Positions 13,151 through 26,830 of a DNA stretch of 64,000 nucleotides are shown piece by piece (position 1 is the stretch's first letter; every line of letters starts with the position of its first letter). The notes under the pieces were generated by a model. The model was not told the origin of the DNA and did not search any database. It was given only the letters and a program-made list of their open reading frames with translations. The stretch spans positions 205,530,001 through 205,594,000 of the forward strand of contig OZ024743.1 in assembly GCA_964016885.1 (NCBI GenBank), given 5' to 3'. Made by a program: the position numbers and the translations under genes. Source of the DNA: Eledone cirrhosa (lineage: Eukaryota).

Positions 13151-16100
13151 CTGGAAATTATTTCCCCTTGATTTTTTTTACAAATTATCTCCCCCTGATT
13201 TTTTTTACAAATCTCCCCCTAATTTAAAAAAAAATTATCTCCCCTTCGCTGGCTGGAAATTATCTCCCTTTGGACGGCTGGAAATTATAGCTGCTTGTAG
13301 GGCTGGAAATTATCTCCCCTTGGACGGCTGGAAATTATCTCCCCTTTATGTCTTCTACAAATTATCTACCCCTGATTTTTTTTTTACAAATTATCTCCGC
13401 CTGATTTTTTTTTACAAATTATCTGCGCCTGATTTTTTTTTTACAAATTAGCTTCGCCTGATTTTTTAAAAAATTATCTCCCCTTGGACGGCTGGAAATT
13501 ATCTCCCCTTGGACGGCTGGAAATTATCTCCCCTTGGACGGCTAGAAATTATCTCTCTTTGGACGACTGGAAATTATCTCCCCTTGGACGGCTGCAAATT
13601 ATCTCCCCTTGATTTTTTTAACAAATTATCTCCCCCTGATTTTTTTTACAAATTATCTCCCCCTGATTTTTTTTTACAAATTATCTACCCCTGATTTTTT
13701 TTACAAATTATCTCCCCCTGATTTTTTTTTACAAATTATCTCCCCCTGATTTTTTTACAAATTATCTCCCCATGATTTTTTTTACAATCTCCGCCTGATT
13801 TTTTTAAAAATTATCTTTCCTTGGCTGGCGGGAAATTATCTCCCCTTGGACAGCTGGAAATTATCTGCCCTTGATTTTGTTTTTACAAATTATCTCCCCC
13901 TGATTTTTTTTACAAATTATCTCCACCTGATTTTTTAAAAAATTATCTCCCCTTGGACGGCTGGAAATTATCTCTCCTTGGCTGGAAATTATCTCCCCTT
14001 GGACGGCTAGAAATTATCTCTCTTTGGACGGCTGGAAATAATCTCCCTTTGATTTTTTTTACAATTTATCTCCCTCTGATTTTTTTTACAAATCTCCCCC
14101 TGATTTTTTTAAGAAAATTATCTCCCCTTCGCTGGCTGGAAATTATCTCCCCTTGGACACTTGAAATTATATCCCCTTGGAGGGCTGGAAATTATCTTCC
14201 CTTGGACGGCTGGAAATTATCTCCCCTTGATTTTTTTTACAAATTATCTCCCCCTGATTTTTTTTACAAATTATCTGCCCCTGATTTTTTTTTACTAATT
14301 ATCTCCGCCTGATTTTTTTTTAAATTATCTCTCCTTGGACGGCTGGAAATTATCTCCCCTTGATTTTTTTTTACAAATTATCTCCCCCTGATTTTTTTTT
14401 ACAAATTATCTACCCCTGATTTTTTTTTACAAATTATCTCCCCCTGATTTTTTTTACAAATTATCTCCCCCTGATTTTTTTTTACAAATTATCTCCCCCT
14501 GATTTTTTTACAAATTATCTCCCCCTGATTTTTTTTTCAAATTATCTCCGCCTGATTTTTTTAAATATTATCTTCCCTTGGCTGGCGGGAAATTATCTCC
14601 CCTTGGACGGCTGGAAATTATCTCCCCTTGGAAGGATGGAAATTATCTCCCCTTGGACGGCTGGAAATTATCTCCCCTTGCACTGCTGGAAATTATCTCC
14701 CCTTGGACGGCTGGAAATTATCTCCCCTTGGCTGAAAATTATCTCCCCTTGGACGGCTAGAAATTATCTCTCTTTGGACGGCTGGAAATTATCTCCCCTT
14801 GATTTTTTTACAAATTATCTCCCCCTGATTTTTTTACAAATCTCCCAGTGTTTTTTTTTTAAAATTATCTCCCCTTCGCTGGCTGGAAATTATCTCCCCT
14901 TGGACGCTGGAAATTATAGCCCCTTGGAGGGCTGGAAATTATCTTCCCTTGGACGGCTGGAAATTATCTCCCCTTGATTTTTTTTACAAATTATCTCCCC
15001 CTGATTTTTTTTACAAATTATCTCCCCCTGATTTTTTTTTACAAATTATCTCCCCCTGATTTTTTTTACAACTTATCTCCGCCTGATTTTTTAAAAAAAA
15101 TTATCTCCCCTTGGACGGCTAGAAATTACCTCTCCTTGGACGGCTGAAAATTATCTCCCCTTGGACGGCTGCAAATTATCTCCCCTTGATTTTTTTTACA
15201 AATTATCTCCCCCTGATTTTTTTTTACAAATTATCTCCCCCTGATTTTTTTTACAAATTATCTCCCCCTGATTTTTTTTTACAAATTATCTCCCCCTGAT
15301 TTTTTTTACAAATTATATCCCCTTGGCTGGCTGGAAATTATCTCCCCTTGGAGGCTGGAATTTATCTCCCCTTGGACGGCTAGAAATTACCTCTCCTTGG
15401 ACGGCTGGAAATTATGTCTCCTTGGACGGCTAGAAATTACCTCTCCTTGGACGGCTGGAAATTATCTCCCCTTGGACGGCTGGAAATTATCTCCCCTTGG
15501 ACGGCTGGAAATTATCTCCCCTTGGACGGCTAGATATTACCTCTCCTTGGACGGCTAGAAATTATCTGCCCTTGGACGGCTGGAAATTATCTCCCCTTGG
15601 ACGGCTGGAAATTATTTCCCCTTGATTTTTTTTACAAATTATCTCCCGCTGATTTTTTTTTACAAATCTCCACCTAATTAAAAAAAAAATTATCTCCCCT
15701 TCGCTGGCTGGAAATTATCTTGCTTTGGACGGCTGGAAATTATAGCCGCTTGTAGGGCTGGAAATTATCTCCCCTTGGACGGCTGGAAATTATCTCCCCT
15801 TGATTTTTTTTACTAAGTATCTCACCCTGATTTTTTTTTACAAATTATCTCCGCCTGATTTTTAAAAAAAAATTATCTCCCCTTGGCTGGATGGAAATTA
15901 TCTCCCCTTGGACGGCTGGAAATTATCTTCCCTTGATTTCTTCTACAAATTATCTACCCCTGATTTTTTTTTTACAAATTATCTCTCCCTGATTTTTTTT
16001 TACAAATATCTCTCCTTGGCTGGCTGGAAATTATCTCCCCTTGGCTGGCTGGAAATTATCTCCCCCTGATATTTTTTTACAAATTAGCTCCCCCTGATTT

Positions 16101-19044
16101 TTTTTACAAATTATCTCCCCCTGATTTTTTTCACAAATTATCTCCCCCTGATTTTTTTTACAAATTATCTCCCCTGATTTAAAAAAAAAAATTATCTCCC
16201 CTTGGACGGCTGGTAATTATCTCCCCTTGGACGGCTGGAAATTATCGCCCCCTGATTTTTTTTTTACAAATTATCTCCACCTGATTTTTTTTACAAATCA
16301 TCTCAGCCTGATTTTTTTTAAATATTATCTCCCTTGGCTTGCTGGAAATTATCTCCCCTTGGACGGCTATAAATTATCTCTCCTTCGACGGCTGGAAATT
16401 ATCTCCCCTTGATTTTTTTACAAATTATCTCCCCCTGATTTTTTTTTACCAATCAACCCCTGATTTAAAAACAAAAATTATCTCCCCTTCGCTGGCTGGA
16501 AATTATCTCCCCTTGGACGGCTGGAAATTATCTCCCCTTGATTTTTTTTACAAATTATCTACCCCTGATTTTTTTACAAATTATCTCCCCCTGATTTTTT
16601 TTACAAATTATCTCCCCCTGATTTTTTTTTTACAAATTATCTCCGCCTGATTTTTTTAAAATTATCTCCCCTTGGCTGGATGGAAATTATCTCCCCTTGG
16701 ACGGCTGGAAATTATCTCCCCTTGGAAGGATGGAAATTATCTCCCCTTGGACGGCTGGAAATTATCTCCCCTTGCACGGCTGGAAATTATCTCCCCTTGG
16801 ACGGCTAGAAATTACCTCTCCTTGGACGGCTGAAAATTATCTCCCCTTGGACGGCTGGAAATTATGTCCACCTGATTTTTTTTTACAAATCATCTCCGCC
16901 TGATTTTTTTAAAAAATTATCTCCCTTGGCTTGCTGGAAATTATCTCCCCTTGGACGGCTATAAATTATCTCTCCTTCGACGGCTGGAAATTATCTCCCC
17001 TTGATTTTTTTACAAATTATCTCCCCCTGATTTTTTTTTACCAATCTACCCCTGATTTAAAAAAAAAATTATCTCTCCTTCGCTGGCTGGAAATTATCTC
17101 CCCTTGGACGGCTGGAAATTATCTCCCCTTGATTTTTTTTACAAATTATCTACCCCTGATTTTTTTACAAATTATCTCCCCCTGATTTTTTTTTACAAAT
17201 TATCTCCCCTTGATTTTTTTTTTTACAAATTATCTCCGCCTGATTTTTTTTAAATTATCTCCCCTTGGCTGGATGGAAATTATCTCCCCTTGGACGGCTG
17301 GAAATTATCTCCCCTTGCACGGCTGGAAATTATCTTCCCTTGGACGGCTAGAAATTACCTCTCCTTGGACGGCTGAAAATGATCTCCCCTTGGACGGCTG
17401 GAAATTATCTCCCCCTGATTTTTTTTACAAATTATCTCCCCTTGCACGGCTGGAAATTATCTCCCCTTGGACGGCTGGAAATTATCTGCCCTTGATTTTG
17501 TTTTTACAAATTATCTCCCCCTGATTTTTTTTACAAATTATCTCCACCTGATATTTTAAAAAATTATCTCCCCTTGGACGGCTGGAAATTATCTCCCCTT
17601 GGCTGGAAATTATCTCCCCTTGGACGGCTAGAAATTATCTCTCTTTGGACGGCTGGAAATTATCTCCCCTTGATTCTTTTTACAAATTATCTCCCCCTGA
17701 TTTTTTTTACAAATCTCCCAGTGATTTTTTAAAAAAAATTATCTCCCCTTCGCTGGCTGGAAATTATCTCCCCTTGGACGCTGGAAATTATAGCCCCTTG
17801 GACGCTGGAAATTATCTTCCCTTGGACGGCTGGAAATTATCTCCCCTTGATTTTTTTACAAATTATCTCCCCCTGATTTTTTTTTACAAATTATCTCCCC
17901 CTGATTTTTTTTTTACAAATTATCTCCCCTTGGACGGGTGGAAATTATCTCCCCTTGGACGGCTTGAAATTATCTCCCCTTGGACGGCTAGAAATTACCT
18001 CTCCTTGGACGGCTGAAAATTATCTCCCCTTGATTTTTTTTACAAATTATCTCCCCCTGATTTTATTTTACATATTATCTACCCCTGATTTTTTTTTACA
18101 AATAATCTCCACCTGATCTTTTTTACAAATTATCTCCCCCTGATTTTTTTTTTACAAATTACCTCCCCCTGATTTTTTTACAAATTATCTCCCCCTGATT
18201 TTTTTTTCAATTTATCTCCGCCTGATTTTTTTAAATATTATCTTCCCTTGGCTGGCGGGAAATTATCTCCCCTTGGACGGCTGGAAATTATCTCCCCTTG
18301 GAAGGATGGAAATTATCTCCCCTTGGACGGCTGGAAATTATCTCCCCTTGCACTGCTGGAAATTATCTCCCCTTGGACGGCTGGAAATTATCTCCCCTTG
18401 GCTGGAAATTATCTCCCCTTGGACGGCTAGAAATTATCTCTCTTTGGACGGCTGGAAATTATCTCCCCTTGATTTTTTTACAAATTATCTCCCCCTGATT
18501 TTTTTTACAAATCTCCCAGTGATTTTTTTTTAAAAATTATCTCCCCTTCGCTGGCTGGAAATTATCTCCCCTTGGACGCTGGAAATTATAGCCCCTTGGA
18601 GGGCTGGAAATTATCTTCCCTTGGACGGCTGGAAATTATCTCCCCTTGATTTTTTTTACAAATTATCTCCCCCTGATTTTTTTTTACAAATTATCTCCCC
18701 CTGATTTTTTTACAAATTATCTCCCCCTGATTTTTTTTTACAAATTATCTCCCCCTGATTTTTTTTACAAATTATATCCCCTTGGCTGGCTGGAAATTAT
18801 CTCCCCTTGGAGGCTGGAATTTATCTCCCCTTGGACGGCTAGAAATTACCTCTCCTTGGACGGCTGGAAATTATGTCTCCTTGGACGGTTGGAAATTATC
18901 TCCCCTTGGACGGCTGGAAATTATCTCCCCTTGGACGGCTGGAAATTATCTCCCCTTGGACGGCTAGATATTACCTCTCCTTGGACGGCTGGAAATTATC
19001 TGCCCTTGGACGGCTGGAAATTATCTCCCCTTGGACGGCTGGAA

Positions 19045-19330
19045 ATTATTTCCCCTTGATTTTTTTTACAAATTATCTCCCCCTGATTTTTTTTTACAAA
19101 TTATCTCCCCCTGATTTTTTTTACAAATTATCTCCCCCTGATTTTTTTTTACAAATTATCTCCCCCTGATTTTTTTTACAAATTATCTCCCCTTGATTTT
19201 TTTTACAAATTATCTCCCCCTGATTTTTTTTTACAAATTATCTCCCCCTGATTTTTTTTACAAATTATCTCCCCCTGATTTTTTTTTACAAATTATCTCC
19301 CCCTGATTTTTTTTACAAATTATATCCCCT
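19045..19330 (+). repeat. Example of a long type-B run (about ten 27-28-bp monomers, CAAATTATCTCCCCCTGA-T8/9-A)
   Basis: Consecutive B monomers that differ mainly in T-tract length. Confidence 0.93.
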
Positions 19331-20990
19331 TGGCTGGCTGGAAATTATCTCCCCTTGGAGGCTGGAATTTATCTCCCCTTGGACGGCTAGAAATTACCTC
19401 TCCTTGGACGGCTGGAAATTATGTCTCCTTGGACGGCTAGAAATTACCTCTCCTTGGACGGCTGAAAATTATCTCCCCTTGGACGGCTGGAAATTATCTC
19501 CCCTTGATTTTTTTTACAAATTATCTCCCCCTGATTTTTTTTTACAAATTATCTCCCCCTGATTTTTTTTACAAATTATCTCCCCCTGATTTTTTTTTAC
19601 AAATTATCTCCCCCTGATTTTTTTTACAAATTATATTCCCTTGGCTGGCTGGAAATTATCTCCCCTTGGAGGCTGGAATTTATCTCCCCTTGGACGGCTA
19701 GAAATTACCTCTCCTTGGACGGCTGGAAATTATGTCTCCTTGGACGGCTGGAAATTATCTCCCCTTGGACGGCTGGAAATTATCTCCCCTTGGACGGCTG
19801 GAAATTATCTCCCCTTGGACGGCTAGATATTACCTCTCCTTGGACGGCTAGAAATTATCTGCCCTTGGACGGCTGGAAATTATCTCCCCTTGGACGGCTG
19901 GAAATTATTTCCCCTTGATTTTTTTTACAAATTATCTCCCGCTGATTTTTTTTTTACAAATCTCCACCTAATTAAAAAAAAAATTATCTCCCCTTCGCTG
20001 GCTGGAAATTATCTTGCTTTGGACGGCTGGAAATTATAGCCGCTTGTAGGGCTGGAAATTATCTCCCCTTGGACGGCTGCAAATTATCTCCCCTTGATTT
20101 TTTTTACAAATTATCTCCCCCTGATTTTTTTTTACAAATTATCTCCCCCTCATTTTTTTTACAAATTATCTCCCCCTGATTTTTTTTTACAAATTATCTC
20201 CCCCTGATTTTTTTTACAAATTATATCCCCTTGGCTGGCTGGAAATTATCTCCCCTTGGAGGCTGGAATTTATCTCCCCTTGGACGGCTAGAAATTACCT
20301 CTCCTTGGACGGCTGGAAATTATGTCTCCTTGGACGGCTAGAAATTACCTCTCCTTGGACGGCTGAAAATTATCTCCCCTTGGACGGCTGGAAATTATCT
20401 CCCCTTGATTTTTTTTACAAATTATCTCCCCCTGATTTTTTTTTACAAATTATCTCCCCCTGATTTTTTTTACAAATTATCTCCCCCTGATTTTTTTTTA
20501 CAAATTATCTCCCCCTGATTTTTTTTACAAATTATATTCCCTTGGCTGGCTGGAAATTATCTCCCCTTGGAGGCTGGAATTTATCTCCCCTTGGACGGCT
20601 AGAAATTACCTCTCCTTGGACGGCTGGAAATTATGTCTCCTTGGACGGCTGGAAATTATCTCCCCTTGGACGGCTGGAAATTATCTCCCCTTGGACGGCT
20701 GGAAATTATCTCCCCTTGGACGGCTAGATATTACCTCTCCTTGGACGGCTAGAAATTATCTGCCCTTGGACGGCTGGAAATTATCTCCCCTTGGACGGCT
20801 GGAAATTATTTCCCCTTGATTTTTTTTACAAATTATCTCCCGCTGATTTTTTTTTAGAAATCTCCACCTAATTAAAAAAAAAATTATCTCCCCTTCGCTG
20901 GCTGGAAATTATCTTGCTTTGGACGGCTGGAAATTATAGCCGCTTGTAGGGCTGGAAATTATCTCCCCTTGGACGGCTGGAAATTATCTC
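19190..20990 (+). repeat. Tandem duplication of ~901 bp
   Basis: 19641/20542 and 19715/20616 give identical translations at offset 901. Confidence 0.85.
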
Positions 20991-23119
20991 CCCTTGATTT
21001 TTTTTACTAAGTATCTCACCCTGATTTTTTTTTACAAATTATCTCCGCCTGATTTTTAAAAAAAAATTATCTCCCCTTGGCTGGATGGAAATTATCTCCC
21101 CTTGGACGGCTGGAAATTATCTTCCCTTGATTTCTTCTACAAATTATCTACCCCTGATTTTTTTTTTACAAATTATCTCTCCCTGATTTTTTTTTACAAA
21201 TATCTCTCCTTGGCTGGCTGGAAATTATCTCCCCTTGGCTGGCTGGAAATTATCTCCCCCTGATATTTTTTTACAAATTAGCTCCCCCTGATTTTTTTTA
21301 CAAATTATCTCCCCCTGATTTTTTTCACAAATTATCTCCCCCTGATTTTTTTTACAAATTATCTCCCCTGATTTAAAAAAAAAAATTATCTCCCCTTGGA
21401 CGGCTGGAAATTATCGCCCCCTGATTTTTTTTTTACAAATTATCTCCACCTGATTTTTTTTACAAATCATCTCAGCCTGATTTTTTTAAAATATTATCTC
21501 CCTTGGCTTGCTGGAAATTATCTCCCCTTGGACGGCTATAAATTATCTCTCCTTCGACCGCTGGAAATTATCTCCCCTTGATTTTTTTACAAATTATCTC
21601 CCCCTGATTTTTTTTTACCAATCAACCCCTGATTTAAAAACAAAAATTATCTCCCCTTCGCTGGCTGGAAATTATCTCCCCTTGGACGGCTGGAAATTAT
21701 CTCCCCTTGATTTTTTTTACAAATTATCTACCCCTGATTTTTTTACAAATTATCTCCCCCTGATTTTTTTTACAAATTATCTCCCCCTGATTTTTTTTTT
21801 TACAAATTATCTCCGCCTGATTTTTTTAAAATTATCTCCCCTTGGCTGGATGGAAATTATCTCCCCTTGGACGGCTGGAAATTATCTCCCCTTGGAAGGA
21901 TGGAAATTATCTCCCCTTGGACGGCTGGAAATTATCTCCCCTTGCACGGCTGGAAATTATCTCCCCTTGGACGGCTAGAAATTACCTCTCCTTGGACGGC
22001 TGAAAATTATCTCCCCTTGGACGGCTGGAAATTATGTCCACCTGATTTTTTTTTACAAATCATCTCCGCCTGATTTTTTTAAAAACTTATCTCCCTTGGC
22101 TTGCTGGAAATTATCTCCCCTTGGACGGCTATAAATTATCTCTCCTTCGACGGCTGGAAATTATCTCCCCTTGATTTTTTTACAAATTATCTCCCCCTGA
22201 TTTTTTTTTACCAATCTACCCCTGATTTAAAAAAAAAATTATCTCTCCTTCGCTGGCTGGAAATTATCTCCCCTTGGATGGCTGGAAATTATCTCCCCTT
22301 GATTTTTTTTACAAATTATCTACCCCTGATTTTTTTACAAATTATCTCCCCCTGATTTTTTTTTACAAATTATCTCCCCTTGATTTTTTTTTTTTTACAA
22401 ATTATCTCCGCCTGATTTTTTTTAAATTATCTCCCCTTGGCTGGATGGAAATTATCTCCCCTTGGACGGCTGGAAATTATCTCCCCTTGCACGGCTGGAA
22501 ATTATCTTCCCTTGGACGGCTAGAAATTACCTCTCCTTGGACGGCTGAAAATGATCTCCCCTTGGACGGCTGGAAATTATCTCCCCCTGATTTTTTTTAC
22601 AAATTATCTCCCCTTGCACGGCTGGAAATTATCTCCCCTTGGACGGCTGGAAATTATCTGCCCTTGATTTTGTTTTTACAAATTATCTCCCCCTGATTTT
22701 TTTTACAAATTATCTCCACCTGATATTTTAAAAAATTATCTCCCCTTGGACGGCTGGAAATTATCTCCCCTTGGCTGGAAATTATCTCCCATTGGACGGC
22801 TAGAAATTATCTCTCTTTGGACGGCTGGAAATTATCTCCCCTTGATTCTTTTTACAAATTATCTCCCCCTGATTTTTTTTACAAATCTCCCAGTGATTTT
22901 TTAAAAAAAATTATCTCCCCTTCGCTGGCTGGAAATTATCTCCCCTTGGACGCTGGAAATTATAGCCCCTTGGACGCTGGAAATTATCTTCCCTTGGACG
23001 GCTGGAAATTATCTCCCCTTGATTTTTTTACAAATTATCTCCCCCTGATTTTTTTTTACAAATTATCTCCCCCTGATTTTTTTTTTACAAATTATCTCCC
23101 CTTGGACGGGTGGAAATTA

Positions 23120-26100
23120 TCTCCCCTTGGACGGCTTGAAATTATCTCCCCTTGGACGGCTAGAAATTACCTCTCCTTGGACGGCTGAAAATTATCTCCC
23201 CTTGATTTTTTTTACAAATTATCTCCCCCTGATTTTATTTTACATATTATCTACCCCTGATTTTTTTTTACAAATTATCTCCACCTGATCTTTTTTACAA
23301 ATTATCTCCCCCTGATTTTTTTTTTACAAATTATCTCCCCCTGATTTTTTTACAAATTATCTCCCCCTGATTTTTTTTTCAATTTATCTCCGCCTGATTT
23401 TTTTAAATATTATCTTCCCTTGGCTGGCGGGAAATTATCTCCCCTTGGACGGCTGGAAATTATCTCCCCTTGGAAGGATGGAAATTATCTCCCCTTGGAC
23501 GGCTGGAAATTATCTCCCCTTGCACTGCTGGAAATTATCTCCCCTTGGACGGCTGGAAATTATCTCCCCTTGGCTGGAAATTATCTCCCCTTGGACGGCT
23601 AGAAATTATCTCTCTTTGGACGGCTGGAAATTATCTCCCCTTGATTTTTTTACAAATTATCTCCCCCTGATTTTTTTTACAAATCTCCCAGTGATTTTTT
23701 TTAAAAAATTATCTACCCTTCGCTGGCTGGAAATTATCTCCCCTTGGACGCTGGAAATTATAGCCCCTTGGAGGACTGGAAATTATCTTCCCTTGGACGG
23801 CTGGAAATTATCTCCCCTTGATTTTTTTTACAAATTATCTCCCCCTGATTTTTTTTTACAAATTATCTCCCCCTGATTTTTTTTTACAAATTATCTCCCC
23901 CTGATTTTTTTTACAACTTATCTCCGCCTGATTTTTTTAAAAAAATTATCTCCCCTTGGACGGCTGGAAATTATCTCCCCTTGGACGGCTGGAAATTATC
24001 TCTCCTTGGACGGCTAGAAATTACCTCTCCTTGGACGGCTGAAAATTATCTCCCCTTGGACGGCTGGAAATTATCTCCCCTTGATTTTTTTTACAAATTA
24101 TCTCCCCCTGATTTTTTTTTACAAATTATCTCCCCCTGATTTTTTTACAAATTATCTCCCCCTGATTTTTTTTTACAAATTATCTCCCCCTGATTTTTTT
24201 TACAAATTATATCCCCTTGGCTGGCTGGAAATTATCTCCCCTTGGAGGCTGGAATTTATCTCCCCTTGGACGGCTAGAAATTACCTCTCCTTGGACGGCT
24301 GGAAATTATGTCTCCTTGGACGGTTGGAAATTATCTCCCCTTGGACGGCTGGAAATTATCTCCCCTTGGACGGCTGGAAATTATCTCCCCTTGGACGGCT
24401 AGATATTACCTCTCCTTGGACGGCTGGAAATTATCTGCCCTTGGACGGCTGGAAATTATCTCCCCTTGGACGGCTGGAAATTATTTCCCCTTGATTTTTT
24501 TTACAAATTATCTACCCCTGATTTTTTTACAAATTATCTCCCCCTGATTTTTTTTTACAAATTATCTCCCCTTGATTTTTTTTTTTTAAAAATTATCTCC
24601 GCCTGATTTTCTTAAAATTATCTCCCCTTGGCTGGATGGAAATTATCTCCCCTAGGACGGCTGGAAATTATCTCCCCTTGCACGGCTGGAAATTATCTTC
24701 CCTTGGACGGCTAGAAATTACCTCTCCTTGGACGGCTGAAAATTATCTCCCCTTGGACGGCTGGAAATTATCTCCCCCTGATTTATTTTACAAATTATCT
24801 CCCCTTGCACGGCTGGAAATTATCTCCCCTTGGACGGCTGGAAATTATCTGCCCTTGATTTTGTTTTTACAAATTATCTCCCCCTGATTTTTTTTACAAA
24901 TTATCTCCACCTGATATTTTAAAAAATTATCTCCCCTTGGACGGCTGGAAATTATCTCCCCTTGGCTGGAAATTATCTCCCCTTGGACGGCTAGAAATTA
25001 TCTCTCTTTGGACGGCTGGAAATTATCTCCCCTTGATTCTTTTTACAAATTATCTCCCCCTGATTTTTTTTACAAATCTCCCAGTGATTTTTAAAAAAAA
25101 ATTATCTCCCCTTCGCTGGCTGGAAATTATCTCCCCTTGGACGCTGGAAATTATAGCCCCTTGGACGCTGGAAATTATCTTCCCTTGGACGGCTGGAAAT
25201 TATCTCCCCTTGATTTTTTTACAAATTATCTCCCCCTGATTTTTTTTTACAAATTATCTCCCCCTGATTTTTTTTTTACAAATTATCTCCCCTTGGACGG
25301 GTGGAAATTATCTCCCCTTGATTTTTTTACAAATTATCTCCCCCTGATTTTTTTTTACCAATCTACCCCTGATTTAAAAAAAAAAATTATCTCCCCTTCG
25401 CTGGCTGGAAATTATCTCCACTTGGACGGCTTGAAATTATCTCCCCTTGGACGGCTAGAAATTACCTCTCCTTGGACGGCTGAAAATTATCTCCCCTTGA
25501 TTTTTTTTACAAATTATCACCCCCTGATTTTTTTTTTTACAAATTATCTCCCCCTGGTTTTATTTTACATATTATCTACCCCTGATTTTTTTTTACAAAT
25601 TATCTCCACCTGATCTTTTTTACAAATTATCTCCCCCTGATTTTTTTTTTACAAATTATCTCCCCCTGATTTTTTTACAAATTATCTCCCCCTGATTTTT
25701 TTTTCAAATTATCTCCGCCTGATTTTTTTAAATATTATCTTCCCTTGGCTGGCGGGAAATTATCTCCCCTTGGACGGCTGGAAATTATCTCCCCTTGGAA
25801 GGATGGAAATTATCTCCCCTTGGACGGCTGGAAATTATCTCCCCTTGCACTGCTGGAAATTATCTCCCCTTGGACGGCTGGAAATTATCTCCCCTTGGCT
25901 GGAAATTATCTCCCCTTGGACGGCTAGAAATTATCTCTCTTTGGACGGCTGGAAATTATCTCCCCTTGATTTTTTTACAAATTATCTCCCCCTGATTTTT
26001 TTTACAAATCTCCCAGTGATTTTTTTTAAAAAATTATCTCCCCTTCGCTGGCTGGAAATTATCTCCCCTTGGACGCTGGAAATTATAGCCCCTTGGAGGG

Positions 26101-26830
26101 CTGGAAATTATCTTCCCTTGGACGGCTGGAAATTATCTCCCCTTGATTTCTTTTACAAATTATCTCCCCCTGATTTTTTTTTACAAATTATCTTCCCCTG
26201 ATTTTTTTTTACAAATTATCTCCCCCTGATTTTTTTTACAACTTATCTCCGCCTGATTTTTTTAAAAAAATTATCTCCCCTTGGACGGCTGGAAATTATC
26301 TCCCCTTGGACGGCTGGAAATTATCTCTCCTTGGACGGCTAGAAATTACCTCTCCTTGGACGGCTGAAAATTATCTCCCCTTGGACGGCTGGAAATTATC
26401 TCCCCTCGATTTTTTTTACAAATTATCTCCCCCTGATTTTTTTTTACAAATTATCTCCCCCTGATTTTTTTTACAAATTATCTCCCCCTGATTTTTTTTT
26501 ACAAATTATCTCCCCCTGATTTTTTTTACAAATTATATTCCCTTGGCTGGCTGGAAATTATCTCCCCTTGGAGGCTGGAATTTATCTCCCCTTGGACGGC
26601 TAGAAATTACCTCTCCTTGGACGGCTGGAAATTATGTCTCCTTGGACGGTTGGAAATTATCTCCCCTTGGACGGCTGGAAATTATCTCCCCTTGGACGGC
26701 TGGAAATTATCTCCCCTTGGACGGCTAGATATTACCTCTCCTTGGACGGCTGGAAATTATCTGCCCTTGGACGGCTGGAAATTATCTCCCCTTGGACGGC
26801 TGGAAATTATTTCCCCTTGATTTTTTTTAC
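23120..26830 (+). repeat. Direct duplication at ~2.33 kb spacing
   Basis: 23420/25745, 23470/25795 and 24217/26543 match at offsets of 2,325-2,326. The variant GGACGGTTGG is shared at ~24318 and ~26644. Confidence 0.8.

Larger units (their letters stand above)
15180..23830 (+). repeat. Direct duplication at ~5.17 kb spacing (approximately 15180-18640 and 20380-23830)
   Basis: Offsets of 5,169-5,172 link 16339/21508, 16697/21867, 16931/22101, 17645/22817 and 18248/23420. Shared variants include AAAACAAAAA, ATGTCCACC and AAATGATCTC. Confidence 0.85.
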
